Of a stretch of 64,000 nucleotides of DNA, positions 13,650 to 28,439 are shown one piece after another. Source of the stretch: Eledone cirrhosa. Lineage: Eukaryota. The translations under genes were made by a program, and so were the position numbers. The first letter of the stretch is position 1. Each line of letters opens with the position of its first letter. Location: contig CAXHJY010000689.1 in NCBI GenBank assembly GCA_964016885.1, forward strand, positions 104,146 through 168,145, in the 5' to 3' direction. The notes beneath the pieces are model-generated. The model saw only the letters and a program-made list of their open reading frames with translations, searched no databases and was not told the DNA's origin.

Positions 13650-13854
13650 ATAGGAGAAAGTATGACCCCGACGGCAGAGCTCAAGCCGTTTCGACGGGTA
13701 TTTCTGGACTAAGAAATAGTCCAGAAATAGCCGTCGAAACGGCTTGAGCTCTGCCATCAGGGTCGTACTTTCTCCTATTACCCACTCTACTACCCTAAGT
13801 ATTGAGTACTCTGGTGCGTTATGGTCCATCTGGTTCCTTACCACAACTCCTTCG

Positions 13855-13856
<2 letters not shown>
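13650..13856 (+). mobile_element. Fold-back mini-element (61-bp arms) plus tail, between (TA)n tracts; Penelope-like remnant
   Basis: Arms 13650-13710 and 13718-13778. The right arm contains CGAAAC. Tail motif ATTGAGTACTC at 13801. Confidence 0.7.
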
Positions 13857-13920
<64 letters not shown>

Positions 13921-14674
13921 GTATATGTTCAAATCTAATCGGTGTCAGCTTTATGAATTTCAAATCATTTTTGTAACCAGTTTCTCTTGAACGTTTTAAA
14001 ACATAACTAAAGAAATCCTTCGCATCAATTTTATAAATATGTGGGCAGATTATATTTTTATCGGGCACATTTGACGCTGTTATCTGCGGTTCAGCCATAT
14101 TTATACACTGGCTTTAAAATAGTTATCTTTTTATCTGCTACCTAGATATTTTTAAAACTGCTGCTTAGTAGTCGAATGAATTAACTGTGGTAGAGTTAAC
14201 AACTATGTGGTAAATACGGATTCAATTAGCAATTAACTAAATAGGAACAATTTGTCTGGAGGGTTTCAGCTTAATCAGAACTTCTACTGTAATAGTTTCT
14301 TTCTTTTTTTATCTCCTATCCAGTAAGTATGAAACAAACTCGCAACTGAATCATGTTTTGAATTATTATGGTTGAATTTAGAATTGTTAGAAACCGATGT
14401 GACTTTGTGTTGACAATAAATAATCGAAAAACATGTATTGAAAATGTTTGCTGTTGCCGCGAGGAAAGGAACATTACCGATGTCTCCAGATCATATTCTT
14501 TATCAAGTAGAGATGTATGATAGTTCCGTGTGACATCATCTGGTAAAAATAATCTCACAAGGATCTGTTTCATCTCTTCCTTGTTAGCGGGACGCATCTT
14601 GAAATGTCAGCTCTTTTCTTAAACCTACGGCAATTACATTTAATTTAAGTATCACCTTTCCTGTGAATATATAT

Positions 14675-14880
14675 AATTGGCAGAGTCCTTATAGTGTCGC
14701 TTAGAACACCTTTCGTATTTGGTCAGACTCTCTGCATTCTGAATTCCAATCCCGCCTAGATTAACTTTGGTTTTCATTATTTTGGTGTCGATAACTAAAG
14801 TACAAGTTGATGACGGGTAATTAGTCGAATTGTCAGAGCGCAGGAACTTGTGGTATCTATTCCATCTTTTTAAGTTCTAA
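14675..14880 (+). mobile_element. Diverged Nin-domain SINE(s)
   Basis: AATTGGCAGAGTC..CTGAATTCCAATCCCGCC..AACTTTGG..GTCGATAACTAAAGTAC. Confidence 0.6.
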
Positions 14881-15041
14881 CAATGATGATGCGTGAGGGA
14901 AGCTGTACCAGCCATTGTCTTTGCATTGAACCACATCGGTAATGTGGTGTAAGGAAGAAACTAGCATACATGACCAACTGTTGGTCTTCCATCCATCTTC
15001 TTATACTTCACTACAATACACTGTACTATACTGTATTACAG

Positions 15042-15201
15042 CAGGGCCGTCTTAACGCATGGGCACGCTCGGCAGTTGCCCGGGGTCCCCACGAGGATAG
15101 GGGGGGGGGGGCATTTGTATTTTTATTCCTGTGAGTGGTTGTGTAGGTAGGGGCCCCAGTGCTCTGCTTTGCCCGGGGGCCTATAATGCTGTTAAGACGG
15201 C
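15042..15201. mobile_element. MITE with CAGGGCCGTCTTAAC terminal inverted repeat (hAT-like)
   Basis: Left TIR CAGGGCCGTCTTAAC, right GTTAAGACGGC (last bases lost), GC-rich interior with repeated GCCCGGGG. Confidence 0.7.
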
Positions 15202-16430
15202 TATCCATCCGACATCTGCTCATAGTATTACTGTACTATACTGTACTACATTGTACTGTACTACACTATTACAGCTATCTATCCGACATCTGCCCATAAT
15301 ATTACTGTACTGTACTACATTGTACTGTACTACACTACACTATTACAGCTATCTATCCGACATCTGCCCATAATATTACTGTACTGTACTACATTGTACT
15401 GTACTACACTACACTATTACAGCTATCTATCCGACATCTGCCCATAATATTACTGTACTGTACTACATTGTACTGTACTACACTATTACAGCTATCTATC
15501 CGACATCTGCCCATAATATTACTGTACTGTACTACATTGTACTGTACTACACTACACTATTACAGCTATCTATCCGACATCTACCCATAATATTACTGTA
15601 CTGTACTACATTGTACTGTACTACACTACACTATTACAGCTATCTATCCGACATCTGCCCATAATATTACTGTACTGTACTACATTGTACTGTACTACAC
15701 TACACTATTACAGCTATCTATCCGACATCTGCCCATAATATTACTGTACTGTACTACATTGTACTGTACTGTACTACACTATTACAGCTATCTATCCAAC
15801 ATCTGCCCATAATATTACTGTACTGTACTACATTGTACTGTACTACACTACACTATTACAGCTATCTATCCAACATCTGCCCATAATATTACTGTACTAC
15901 ACTGTACTACATTGTACTGTACTACACTACACTATTACAGCTATCTATCCAACATCTGCCCATAATATTACTGTACTGTACTACATTGTACTGTACTACA
16001 CTACACTATTACAGCTATCTATCCGACATCTACCCATAATATTACTGTACTACACTGTACTACATTGTACTGTACTACACTACACTATTACAGCTATCTA
16101 TCCGACATCTACCCATAATATTACTGTACTACACTGTACTACATTGTACTGTACTACACTACACTATTACAGCTATCTATCCGACATCTGTCCATAACTC
16201 TATTGTACTACACAGTACTACACACTATTGTACTGCATTCTACTGTACTATACTGTACTGTATTACCTTCTACTGTACTATACTGTACTATACTGTACTG
16301 CAGCTATCCAGTCAACATCTGTACATAGTACATAGTATCACCGTACCATACTATACAATACTGCACTACAGTGCATTACAGCTATCCCGTCAACATCTGC
16401 ACATAGTACATAGTATCACTGTACTATACT
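15202..16430. repeat. ~74-bp minisatellite (CTATCTATCCGACATCTGCCCATAATATTACTGTACTGTAC...)
   Basis: About 13 homogeneous units to ~16200, then degenerate. Units differ by 5-bp modules. Confidence 0.95.
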
Positions 16431-17467
16431 AAACGATACTGCACTATATTCAATGGTAGTTATCCTGTCGATATATGTACATAGTGAAGCTATCCTGTCG
16501 AAATCTGTACATAGTACTACTGTACTACACTATACTACACTATACTCTACTCTGCTCATCTGTCCAGCCGACATTTGTGCTTATCCAAAAGTTCTTCCTT
16601 ATCAGTAACTTTGTTTTTTCAATTATATTATCTGTTCACTCACCATTCCTAAAACATCTGCTCCGTGTGTATTTCTCTTTGTGAATATTTGTGTGTGTAT
16701 TCCTGTATATGTTTATCTACGCCTGTCTGTATATGTGTATGTATGTATTCCTATATATGTCTACCTATGCCTGCCTGTATATGTCTGTGTGTGTATTGCT
16801 ATACATGTGTACAAATGCCTGGCTGTATATGTCTCGATGTCTTCCTCTGCATGTTTGTATGTACTTGTGCTTTCGTATATAGGCGTGTGTGCGTACATGT
16901 GTCTATTGCTATCATTGCACGTCTTGATGTGTGCCAATGTGTGTGTGCATATATATATATGTGTGTGTGTGTGACCAGGGCGCGTGTGTGTATGTGTATG
17001 TATAAGCACTTATAGGTATGTATGTGTGTTTGATTATATATGCGCACGCATGTCTATATGTTAGTGTATATGGATATGTGTATGTATGTGTTTGTGTGTT
17101 TGTGTGTGTGTTTGTGTGTTTGTGTGTGTGTTTAAGTTTCTCTTCTCCAATAGTAAAAACAGTTTCTTTATGTCTCACCATTGAAATTCTTTCTGCCAAA
17201 AGAGTTTTGAAAATTCGTTATGAAAGATGAAAGAAATATATTTTATTTATTTTTGTTGTTGCTATCATTTTTATCATCATCATCATCATCATCATCATAA
17301 TATTATTTTATTTGCACTGAATCGACCATTTTTCTTGTTTTAATTTTATATTTATATCCTTTTATTTTTTTTTTCATAAAATCATGTTTATTTTCTTTGA
17401 TTTCCCTTCAAGGTATTTTACTACTTTTCTTCCAGAAATATGTTCGTTATCTACTCTTGACTATTTT

Positions 17468-17529
<62 letters not shown>

Positions 17530-18709
17530 AGATCATCATTATCATCACCGTCGTCGTTTTAACGTATGTTTCCCTGCTAGCAAGGGCCGAACGGTATTCA
17601 TATATATGTCATATAACCATTAAAATTCTAGAATTATATGCACATGCATACATAAAAGTATGTATGTATATATGCTTATATGCATAGCTGTATATATATG
17701 TATGTATCTATCTATTTATTTGCATAACTATGTATATATGTGTTACTGTATGTGTGCATGTATATATATATGTATGTGTGCATGACTGGATGCATGTGTT
17801 TATTTATGTATACACGTGTGAATGTGTGTAAAGTTTTGCTATGGATGTGGTGATGTTTAAGCTGTTGAAAACATTGCAATTGCCTACAACTTGAAGGCAC
17901 ATTTCTAAGAAATATATAAGCGTGAGTTACGGAACCAATACTGCTTGAGTACAGGATCTTCGTCTTTGTCTGGCAATGTAATAATATTACCGGAATTTAT
18001 TCAATGAGTTGGTTGAAAATGTAATTTTTGGGCTCATATCTTAGTCCTCTACACAGATTTCAACTGCCACCGAGAAACAATGTTATTTTTCACTCTGCAT
18101 TGACCGAATTAGATTCCTTCAAAGAGTCATTGGAGTAACGTTACTTAATAGTGTGCGGAGCTCGGGGATCCGATAGTCGCTCCACATAGAGCCATTACAT
18201 CTCCGCAGTTAAAATAAATCATTGGTTTTTACCATCAGCTGCTGTTTTCTTTAACCTGCCATATTCGATCTTATATTTTTTATCGTCTTCAGGTGAAACA
18301 TGTTTTAAGTAATTTTTCCACGCAATCGCATATTAACTTGACTTAAAGAAATTAATACATAATTGTTTGCGTTTCTTAAACCTAAGAAATAGTTTCCTTC
18401 GCCATATTTAGTCCTTTTATAGTATAAACCATTATATACAAACACGTGACTAGAGAAAAGTCAAATCCCCCCCCCCCCCCCCCCCGCTCAAAAGAAAATA
18501 GCATATTTTATCCATCAGGATGTTATGACGTATATTGATTGAACTTTAAAGAATAGAAGAAACAAATTTCTCTCTACTACGTAATTGAGAATTAGAATTT
18601 TAGATAATGATAAATGATATATCTTCTCTCATAGTTAAGTATTTATAACATATTATGATTAACTAACTACTACTAAATTCATCCAGTTCTTGGTGGTGAT
18701 ATGATAAAA

Positions 18710-19030
18710 CCTTTACATCTCACATGATCAAGCATTATCTGCCTCAGTTCCTCACGGATAATTCAGTATCTCTCTTCAATGACTGCCTTTAATGTTTTGA
18801 GAGGTCTTCCACATTTGCGTTTCACTTAAGTGGGCTTCCATACTAAACGTTTTGTAGTAAGTTTGTTGCCTCTCTTGAAGACTCCTGACATGGATAGTAT
18901 GGTTTATGGGCGAGAGGTTACCCTATATAATTTTGTTTGTAACTCGGTGAAGAGTTTCGATGTTTTTTATCTTTACCATTTGTGTGTAGCCGCCATCTAA
19001 AGCGTTAGTGGTAGTTATCGTCACCAACCA
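18710..19030 (-). pseudogene. Decayed RTE LINE 3' fragment
   Basis: Minus-strand translation ..TKRLVWKPT*VKRKCGRPLKT..EELRQIMLDH resembles the RTE C-terminus seen in the 43534-43920 ORF. Confidence 0.55.
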
Positions 19031-19690
19031 TGGTTCACAGGAATACAGTAACATCGATTTCAATAAAAACAAAGCCCTGACTAACTAATCACCATAAAAA
19101 CTTCATGATATGTTTAATATTTACACTGACTAACTGCCATAAATTCTTAACCACATTATCAAATATTTATAACGTATTATGACTAACTAAACATTATAAG
19201 AATTTAAACATATTCTTAAACTGACAAAACAACATAAATATGATAATTAACCGGTTCGTTAAGTATTTATTACGTATTATGAAGTACTTAACCATATATT
19301 CCACAGAGAATAATCAACTACTTAACGTCGATGTCATTAACATATTTAAAACAGAAATTCAAACAAATTATTTGTGACTGGAAGCATCCGATATATTTGA
19401 TTTCTGTTTCCATAGACACTCCAGTGCTTTGCTTTATTTCCTTAAGCAATCCACTATAGAAGAACAGCATTTGATAGATATAATTGAATTGATTCTTTGA
19501 ACTTTGAGTCTTGTTTATTAGCGACTGTAATTGTAAATACAGACCACACCTTCCTGTTCGTGTTTTGTTGCTAATAACATTGCATAATTATTAATTGATT
19601 GTTTAGTTTACTTAGGCGGTGTAAATAATTGAGACGTTGAATACCTCAAATTTTGATTTCTAAATCTCTGCTTAACGAGAACCTATATTT

Positions 19691-19969
<279 letters not shown>

Positions 19970-19985
19970 TATATATATATATATA

Positions 19986-20245
19986 TATAATTATTAAAGC
20001 CAGTTACTACAACGGCGCCATAGCAGGCATGACGTTTCGTTAGCCCCGAGGAACAACTTGTTCAATCTGTGCCGATGAGAATGGACTGGCACAGGTTTGA
20101 ACAAGTTGGTTTTCAAGGCTAACGAATCGTACGTACCTGGAATGGTACCGTTGTAGTAACTGACTTTAACAATTATATTCAAACTCGCTCTACGAACTTG
20201 AGCTGCTCTATAGCATGAATATCTTTAATCACCTATCATTACTAC
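19986..20245 (+). mobile_element. Older fold-back mini-element (~88-bp arms) plus tail
   Basis: Arms 19986-20073 and 20088-20177. The apex has CCGATGAG (cf. CTGATGA) and the arms have CGAAACGT/CGAATCGT. Tail TTGAGCTGCTC at 20198. Confidence 0.65.
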
Positions 20246-20310
20246 TATATATATATATATATATAATTTAAAATTCAGTAAGACCAAGGATTACTATTAC
20301 TGTTTATTTA

Positions 20311-20409
20311 TACATCTACGAACGTTTCAATGCAACCGTAATAATCCACCAATAGTGTAGTAAAACCGAAAATGATTAGTTACTTCAAGTCGTATCTCTT
20401 CAGGAAGTA
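20311..20409 (-). ncRNA. Type I minimal hammerhead ribozyme motif (Penelope-type)
   Basis: Minus strand: TACTTC-CTGAAGA-G-ATACGAC..GTTGCAT-T-GAAA-CGTTC-GTA-GATGTA, then AATAAA. Stems I and II each have a mismatch. Confidence 0.6.
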
Positions 20410-20485
20410 CAATAAAACAATAATTTGTTCAACATCAAAAGGCAAAATAACCAATGAAAATACTGAACTAGCGCACTATAACCTC

Positions 20486-20552
<67 letters not shown>

Positions 20553-21064
20553 AAATAGAACGGAAAAGGATTTTTTCAGTAGAAAACTGTTGAAGAGGTT
20601 TTTTTAGTGAAATTTCAAAACGTTAATTTATTTACAATACCGGTTTCAGCATTAAATTCATTGTCAATTGCGGATATGTAGAATATTGTTAAGTTGCATA
20701 TTTGTACAAATAGTGAAAATAATAATAGTAACAAAAAAAATATAGAGAGGGGAAGAAAAATTAATTTTCAAATACATGTTCCTTCAGAAAAGAAAGTCAA
20801 TTCCTCTGTCCATCCTTTAATGGCTTAGATAGAGAGAGATGCAACTGGGCATTGGAGGAGCAGCATATCATATGTTGCTGGCCCCTGGGTGTTACACAAT
20901 CTGTTGCTGTGTGTAACACCCTGAAGTGTAACCATTTCATTTCCTTTGCATTTCTTGCTAATTTTCTTCAACCTAAGACATCAACGTCGCACAATTGTAT
21001 TTCTACCCTCTTCACGTATATAACCTTATGACAGAACAAGCAATCAAGTCAAGTATTTATCCTA

Positions 21065-21200
21065 ATGATGACGATGATGATGATGAAGACGACGATGATG
21101 ACGATGACAACAATGATGATGACGATGACGATGACGATGACACCGACGACGACGATGATAATGATGATGATGATGATAATGACGATGATAAAACTGGTGA
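21065..21200. repeat. (GAT/GAC)n microsatellite
   Basis: Directly visible. Confidence 0.9.
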
Positions 21201-21814
21201 TGATGAGAAGGGATGTAGTAGGAAACTATTGCTTTCAGATGTTTGGCTTCAAATTACATTTAGTGAAACATCAATATTCTCTGGAAATCAATTCATCATA
21301 TTGGCAATCTTAGACTTTTAATTTTTCAAAATAAAAGATATAACTCATTGCCACTTCTCATATTCTCCCCCATCCCCACCCCTCTCTCCTCACTCCCTTC
21401 ACCCTCACCTCACTTTCTTCTCTCTCTCTCTCTTTCTTTCTCTCTCTCTCACACACACACACACATCCGCACATTCTATTTCTCTGTTACACACACACTT
21501 CATTCTCTTCATTTCTTTTCTTCTTTCTTTATAATAGCCTCTTCTGTCTCACTAATTCATTCTGCCACTTCCAATTTATTTCTCTCTTATTCTATCCAAT
21601 TTTCTCTTTCTTTATCCCCATCCTACTTGTTTTCTCTTCATCCTCCCTCTCTTCCCCCTCTCTCCCCTCTCTTACTATGTATCTATCTATCTCTTTCTCT
21701 CTCTCTCTCTCTATATATATATATCCTCTGTTTATTTAATTTTTAGCTTGTCTCTCGTCGTTTTATTCTTCACCTTTTACTACCTGCTCTCTATCTCCCC
21801 CACCTCCCCCTCTC

Positions 21815-21845
<31 letters not shown>

Positions 21846-22944
21846 ATATATATATTATATATATATATATATACCAATGTATCTATATCTCAGCTAGTTT
21901 CTTTCTCACCGTATTGCTCTCCGTGTTACTCTGCTTCATTCACACTCTCACTTTCTTCTTCTCTTCTATCCCCCCCCTTCCTGTTTTTCTTCCATCCCCC
22001 CTCCTGTTTTTTCTTCCAAACACACCCCCCTTCCTGTTTTTTCTTCCATCCCCCCTTCCTGTTTTTCTTCCACACACTCACTATCTATCTTTCTTCATTT
22101 GTCTATCATTCACATAAATACAAATATATGTTGAGGCAAGCACCTAACCCACCCCAACCCCTTCACATACATACATGTGAGCACGCACACAAATCTCATG
22201 ACATATACACACACTCCCATTATTTCTAAGCTACAACTATTGGCTGTATATGTGCAGAAATTGATGTCTATGCCTGCATTTACAAGCACATTCGTTGAAA
22301 TATACATCATGTGTGCAAAGTTTTATTTTTGTCCTAGCATTTACCTTCCTTTAATGCTGGGTTCACTTGTCTTTTTATATTGATGTGTTGGTGGTGTTAT
22401 TCTTTGGTAAATTTTGAGAGAGGAACAGCCCTTGTTAGAAAAACATGGGCAATAGCGAGAATTCTCGAAACAGGAAGGACTAAGGGGTTGGACATAACAA
22501 CATAGATGATGAAAGAAAGATAGACGAGTGAGTCGTGAGTGCCGTAGTGGAGGTGACGTGGACCTACAAGATCCGAGGGGGAAAGAGCCGGAATAGTTAC
22601 TTTAAGGTGTGTCACCTCACGCTCTAACATTTCCATTAATCCACCGTCATGATCTAGTACATTCTTTATTGAGTCAGAAGAGGTGAAAGGAATGGTATCC
22701 TCGCACAGCTTTGAACTCAGAGATGCAACAAAAAGGACAAAGTATTCTATCCGATGATCTGCGTGCATGCATGGTCCCGTAACTCTTGAGAGAGTCTTAT
22801 TATTGACATACGGGATTCCTGGGGCATTTTTTAAAAACCCGACACAGCCAATCCCTCTGAAGGTTTGAACACAGCAGATTTCTTCCAGAAAAGGATAGAG
22901 AGAGTGTCAGAATGGAAGGGAGAAAGAGATGTAGAGTAAGAACT

Positions 22945-23100
22945 GACCCCAGTACTTGACTGGTACTTTTTTTATCGACCCTGAAAGGATGAAAGGTAAA
23001 GTTAACCTTGGCAGGATTTCAACTCAGAGAGCAGAGAGTGGAATGAATACTGTAAAGCATTCTAACAACAAACTGACGATCTAACAACTGCCAATTCCAC
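22945..23100 (-). mobile_element. Nin-domain SINE
   Basis: CTGGTACTTT..TTATCGACCCTGAAAGGATGAAAGGTAAAGTTAACC..TTTCAACTCAGA..CTGCCAATT. Confidence 0.75.
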
Positions 23101-23237
23101 ACTATTCATTGGTTAAAATGAATATTGCAGAAGGCCATATACCTCGAAATGATTTCAAATATTGCTCAGAGCAAGCATTTTGTTTTTAAGAGACAACCAC
23201 GAATCCTACCAACACTAAGGGCCCATTTGCACTCACC

Positions 23238-23285
<48 letters not shown>

Positions 23286-23947
23286 CGTGCGTGCGTGTGT
23301 GTGTTTGTTTGTGTGCGTGTGTATCTGTGTTTGTGGTGCAAGATCATCAATAAAGAAAAAACTGAAAGCAAACACGGTGGACTGCATATATATATATATA
23401 CATACATAAAAATTATATGTGTGTGTGTGTTTGTGTGTGTACAATTTTACTATTTGCTCATATGTATGTTCACGTGACTTCCTGTGTTTGTGCAGGTGTG
23501 TGCGTGTATTTCTATGTATGTGTTTAAATGGCTGTTGTCTACGTGCGGGATTAAGCGATCTCTGTTGTCTGAAATCATTTATATAATGTCTGCCACAATC
23601 TGTTTTTACAATGAGTTATCAGTCATGCGGCGTTATTATTATTATTTTTAGTATTAGTATTATTATTATTACATAGCATTTCAGTGGGGGTCGACAAAAG
23701 AAAACGCGTCTGGTAAGTTGGAAAAGCTCTGGGAATCAACTTGTGCTATTGAAATCCCCAAGGGGTCTTACAACTGTGGGAAATTCAAGCTAACTTAAAT
23801 GCATACCTACTAGTGTACGCACATCGTCAAAAATGAGGCCAGTTTCATTAATTAAACAGCCAATGGTGTGACCTAACAAAACGGCGGCTGAAAATATTGT
23901 TTAATTCCTCAGCAAATGGCTTCCAGTATTGTATTTAATATCCGAAT

Positions 23948-24160
23948 ATTGATTTCTAATTTAACCACAAGGCCAGCAAATGTTTGGGAATACGACTGTT
24001 GATTTAATTTACCCTAGTAAATGGTACGTTTTTATCGGCTCCAGAACTATGAATGCAGAGTTGACTTCGGAGGAACTTGAAATCAGAATGTAAAATGCCA
24101 GAACAAATACCCCAATGGCATATTATTATCTGCTCTGCCAATTATGTCACCCCACCATCC
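23948..24160 (-). mobile_element. Nin-domain SINE (diverged)
   Basis: CACAAGGCCAGCAA 3' part and degenerate core. Confidence 0.6.
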
Positions 24161-24769
24161 TTATTGATAGTACAATATTATATTTTGATCTGAGCCATAA
24201 GGTCGAGCTGAAAAATTCCATAGTGCATGTCGCTGGCCGATAATGATGCGTTACAGCGATATATAATCAATGAGATATTTCTGACGTCAAACGTGACGAC
24301 CATTTAATCTTTGGCACAAGCAGTGAACATGAATTCTATCCCTATAGTGTCCTCAACTTTAACTGCGGAAGCATATCGAAGACATCGCTGAGAGTATTAA
24401 TCATTTCAGTGTCGGATATTTTCATTATTGAATACCTTCTACACTGACGTCGATGAAATATCATGACACACCAGTAGCTTTAGTAATTCCCTTTTTTTCC
24501 AAAACAGGTTTGTTTTGAGATTCCTGTTGAATCATTTTAATTTTATCTTGACATTCAATAGTGGCTGTTTCTCAGCATGCTCGCAGTTAGTATTGGGGAC
24601 GGCAAATCAATTTTTACCGGTTGTACTGTAATATATGTGATAATATATTTACAAAAATAATATATTATTTACAAACATTGAAAGATTTACATATAATTAT
24701 CATTATCCCAGTAAGTATTTTATTACATTATTCATAATGCTCTGATTTAGATACAATACAATAAATGGG

Positions 24770-24945
24770 GAGTGGGATAAGGAAGTCGACTAAATCGACT
24801 CCAGTACTTGACGGATACGTATTTTTATCGATCTCAAAAGATAAAAAGCAAAGTTGTCCTCGGCATGATTTGAACTGAGAACATAAAGAGCTAGAAAAAT
24901 ACTGCGAAGATTAGTCCGTCGCTCTAAAGATTTTGTCAACCCCCC
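24770..24945 (-). mobile_element. Nin-domain SINE (diverged)
   Basis: GTCGACTAAATCGACTCCAGTAC..TTTATCGA..GCAAAGTTGTCCTCGGC..TTTGAAC. Confidence 0.65.
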
Positions 24946-25683
24946 GTTCTTATTACATTATTTATACTGCAAACTCTTACTTCACTCACGCTAGCCCTGT
25001 TTGCCAGCCAGGGCAATGTGGTATTGATCGGTTATTATTATCAAAATTAGTGGTCCTAAAGTCTTTATGTACTTCGTTTTATCGGTCGGTTATTACTATA
25101 ACAAATAATTTGAACCTGTTCAATACAGCACAGATTCCTTTGCACCAATATCTCTTATATTAACAACTGGAAGGCACATCGTCGAAAGTAACAGAGGCCC
25201 ATCCCATTCTTACTTGCTTGGTAGCCTGGCTTTCTCTAAGATGTGCTTGTTCCGCTCCTTCGCTTTCCATATCATTTTCACAATCCCACTTACGTGTTTA
25301 TAAAAGTCATTGTTATTTAAAGATATGCACGTTTTATATTCATTTCTCTGTACTCCTAAGCAAGTATTATTTTTTTTGTGCGAAGATCAAGAAATATATT
25401 GATTTCTAGACAGTCAATAATGCATACATATGTCTGCCTGTGAGTGTGTTGGGGTTTTTGTTTAGGTAGGGTGATAGCTATTTTCAGTATACAGTCCTTC
25501 CTTCTGCGGTAATTTTATTGTTCGGTCTTAACATTTCACTTGAACAAACTCCTGCTTATTTACCTGAAAACTCTCTGTCTTTCTCTTTGCTGTTAATTCA
25601 AAGAAGCCAGCCGTATCGAGATTAGTATTTTCTTGCTCAGAGTGGACAAATGGCTGCTTCAACCGTCCACAAGGCTACATCAA

Positions 25684-25892
25684 TATTGATTTCAAATTTA
25701 GGCACAAGGCCTGCACATTTGGGGGAAGGGCAAACTTGATTAAATCAACCCAGTATTTTTGACTGCTATCTTATTTTATCGACCTTAGAAAGAGGAAAGG
25801 AAAAGTTGAGATATTTGAAATCAAAATGTAAAGAGCCAGAAGTAATGGCGCTATGGCATTTTAACCGACGCTCTACCAATTCTCCCAAATCC
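25684..25892 (-). mobile_element. Nin-domain SINE (diverged)
   Basis: GGCACAAGGCC..TTATTTTATCGACC..GAAAGGAAAAGTTGA..CCGACGCTCTACC. Confidence 0.65.
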
Positions 25893-26798
25893 TCTACTCT
25901 TCAAGCAACTTCATTATTAAGATATTTTTTATGTTTGTTTCATCAGATGCTTGTACAACCACTTCTGTGCTCTTATTGAACGCGTTCCTTCTTGTAATTC
26001 ACTGTACAAAGGTATTGTTGACAGTGAATGATCTGACATTCTTTAAAAGTCTAACACTACCAATAATTTTAAGAGTTTGGTTTGACCAAGAATTCTAGTG
26101 TATATGTCAATATATTTCTTTTAACCCAACATCATATGCTCCTTTTATTTTATTTGGTTAAACAATAACGTAGTTTGAACCTCAACCAAATTGTATTAAG
26201 AAACAGCATACAGTTTACATGTATACACATTACTGATATTGCCCAAACCTATAAAAATATATAATTTTCAAATATGTAAGTTATTAGACACTAAATTTTA
26301 TTAGACGCTAGATTTATTTGAACATATACCAAATTGCTGTAACAGCTATTACAGATATTAAACGACCATGTAAAAAATGCTATTTAAAGAAATACTTATT
26401 TTATTTACCACGATGTACATCTAAACTGTTAAGACTATATTGTACATGTTTTTATTCAATTTCAATATTTCTAATATTAATCCACATCAATGTTACCATA
26501 GAATTATTTATATTCTAACATTATTTTCACACGCTTTCTTTTAATTCGATACAATATATTTTGTTTCTGTTTGGAATTTTTTTTGTATTATAAAATAGTA
26601 ACAACATATAGTGAACACACATACACGTTATTGATCTGACATAATCCTGTAAAAGACATTGTTATTTTAAGATATGCACGTCTTATCTGCATCACTCTGT
26701 GTTCCTAAGAAAGTATTAGGTTTTTTGTACGAAAATGAAGACAAAACTCTTCCAAATATATTGATTTCTCGAGAGTCAATAATGCATGCACGCATGCA

Positions 26799-26866
<68 letters not shown>

Positions 26867-26994
26867 ACATATTCATACACAGTATGTATGCATGCATGTG
26901 CATATATATATATATAATTTATTTATACACCGAACGAAAGCACTACGTAATGTTTCAAGGCCCTATATTGACCTTATCTGTAGAATATAAGAGG

Positions 26995-27180
26995 GATCGA
27001 AATTATGCCCCATTCTTCAGGTGCTTATACGAGTATGTTAGTAACTGCCTCAGTACAAATCTTGAGAAGCTGGACTTCACAGAACCAGAAAGAACACGAC
27101 TAGTTAGGAAGTTGCAAGTACAATTCATTAATGGAACAGTAAAATATGTAAAACATTTTAAAAATGCAGCATGTAATAAC
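26995..27180 (+). pseudogene. R4/Dong-like LINE C-terminal remnant
   Basis: Translation YVSNCLSTNLEKLDFTEPERTRLVRKLQVQFINGTVK resembles the helical C-terminus (..L..L.....LQ.....GT.K) of RLE-type R4/Dong ORFs. Recognised from memory, not by search. Confidence 0.5.
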
Positions 27181-27728
27181 TGCATATACACATGTACAGA
27201 TACAAAGCAAATGCACATGCACACATAAAACTCAAAACAACCACATCCACACATTCAATACCATCCATACCTGTACACACACACACAAACACACACACGC
27301 ATGTAGACATGCAGACATGTCTATCTAGTTGATGTCTAAATTCCAATAAAAGAGTCTTGTGTCTATCTTAGAAATCGACTCTCTCTCTCTATTGGTAAAA
27401 ATTTATATAATTATGAAACCAGAAGAACATGCATAGATCCATACATACATAATGCACACACCTCGTTACCAATACTACCTAACGGTTTTCTTGTTTTCCC
27501 TCTCCATTTTCGATTTTTTTTTTTGTTTTTTTTTGTTTTTTTTTGTTTTTTTTTGTTTTTTTTTGTCTTTACTGGACGTTTTTTTAGTTTCTCTATTGTG
27601 ATCCTGTCTCTCATTTGTACTCCTGCTGAAGAAGGGCTTAAGCCTGGCACCTCGAACATTCTTTCCTCTTTCCAATATAAAGCGTGAAATTAATAAGACT
27701 TTTTGTACCTCTGTTTGTTGTCTCCTTG

Positions 27729-27809
<81 letters not shown>

Positions 27810-28439
27810 TATACACGATTAATATTGACGGTCACGAGAATGTGTACGCAATATCAAGGTAGAGACTAAGGATTTTTCTTGCTATTTTTATTGACTTATA
27901 TTTTTTAATTAGGTCAATTCCTTATTCGATGATAAAAATTGATAATAATAAAAATTAATAAGACACCTGTCATCTGAGAAGGTGAATCCTGCCTCATGCA
28001 AACATACTCACATATAATTATATGTGATTGGGGTTGTATATTGAATCGTATACGAAATGTTCATATAAATAAACATTTGTGTCGCCTCGCTCAAAAGTGG
28101 GGGATTTATTAACCACTAGTCTTAGCAAAACAAGGGAGAATCACCCCAATGACACTGGCTCTAGTTCGTCAGAGGGGCTAACTCCTTGAATGGTCAGACG
28201 AAAATACACTAAAAGATTAGAGTTCTTATACGTATGAAATTCGTTTGACGAAGCTCATTTGTATACAGAGCCAAAGCTGGCGGGCTCTAATTATTGAGAG
28301 GTAGTGCTGTTCTGATATAACGTGATAGAGAGGTGACTGGGGCATTACTACGTCTCATTAACTATATATATATATATATATATATGGGGTGGGGGTGTAT
28401 GAGGCTTGATTCACATTGTCAGATGATAGCTGTCTTATT

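Noticed and set aside
14316-14630. 93-aa minus-strand ORF in non-repetitive DNA with possible AG/GT ends
   Set aside because: No recognisable domain, weak splice signals, and stops in alternative frames; probably decayed TE.
20995-21321. Poly-Asp ORF resembling an acidic biomineral protein
   Set aside because: Simple (GAT/GAC)n microsatellite with no signal peptide or supported exon structure.
22397-22940. GC-richer segment with a 123-aa ORF
   Set aside because: Looks like an old LINE remnant, but no motif could be assigned confidently.
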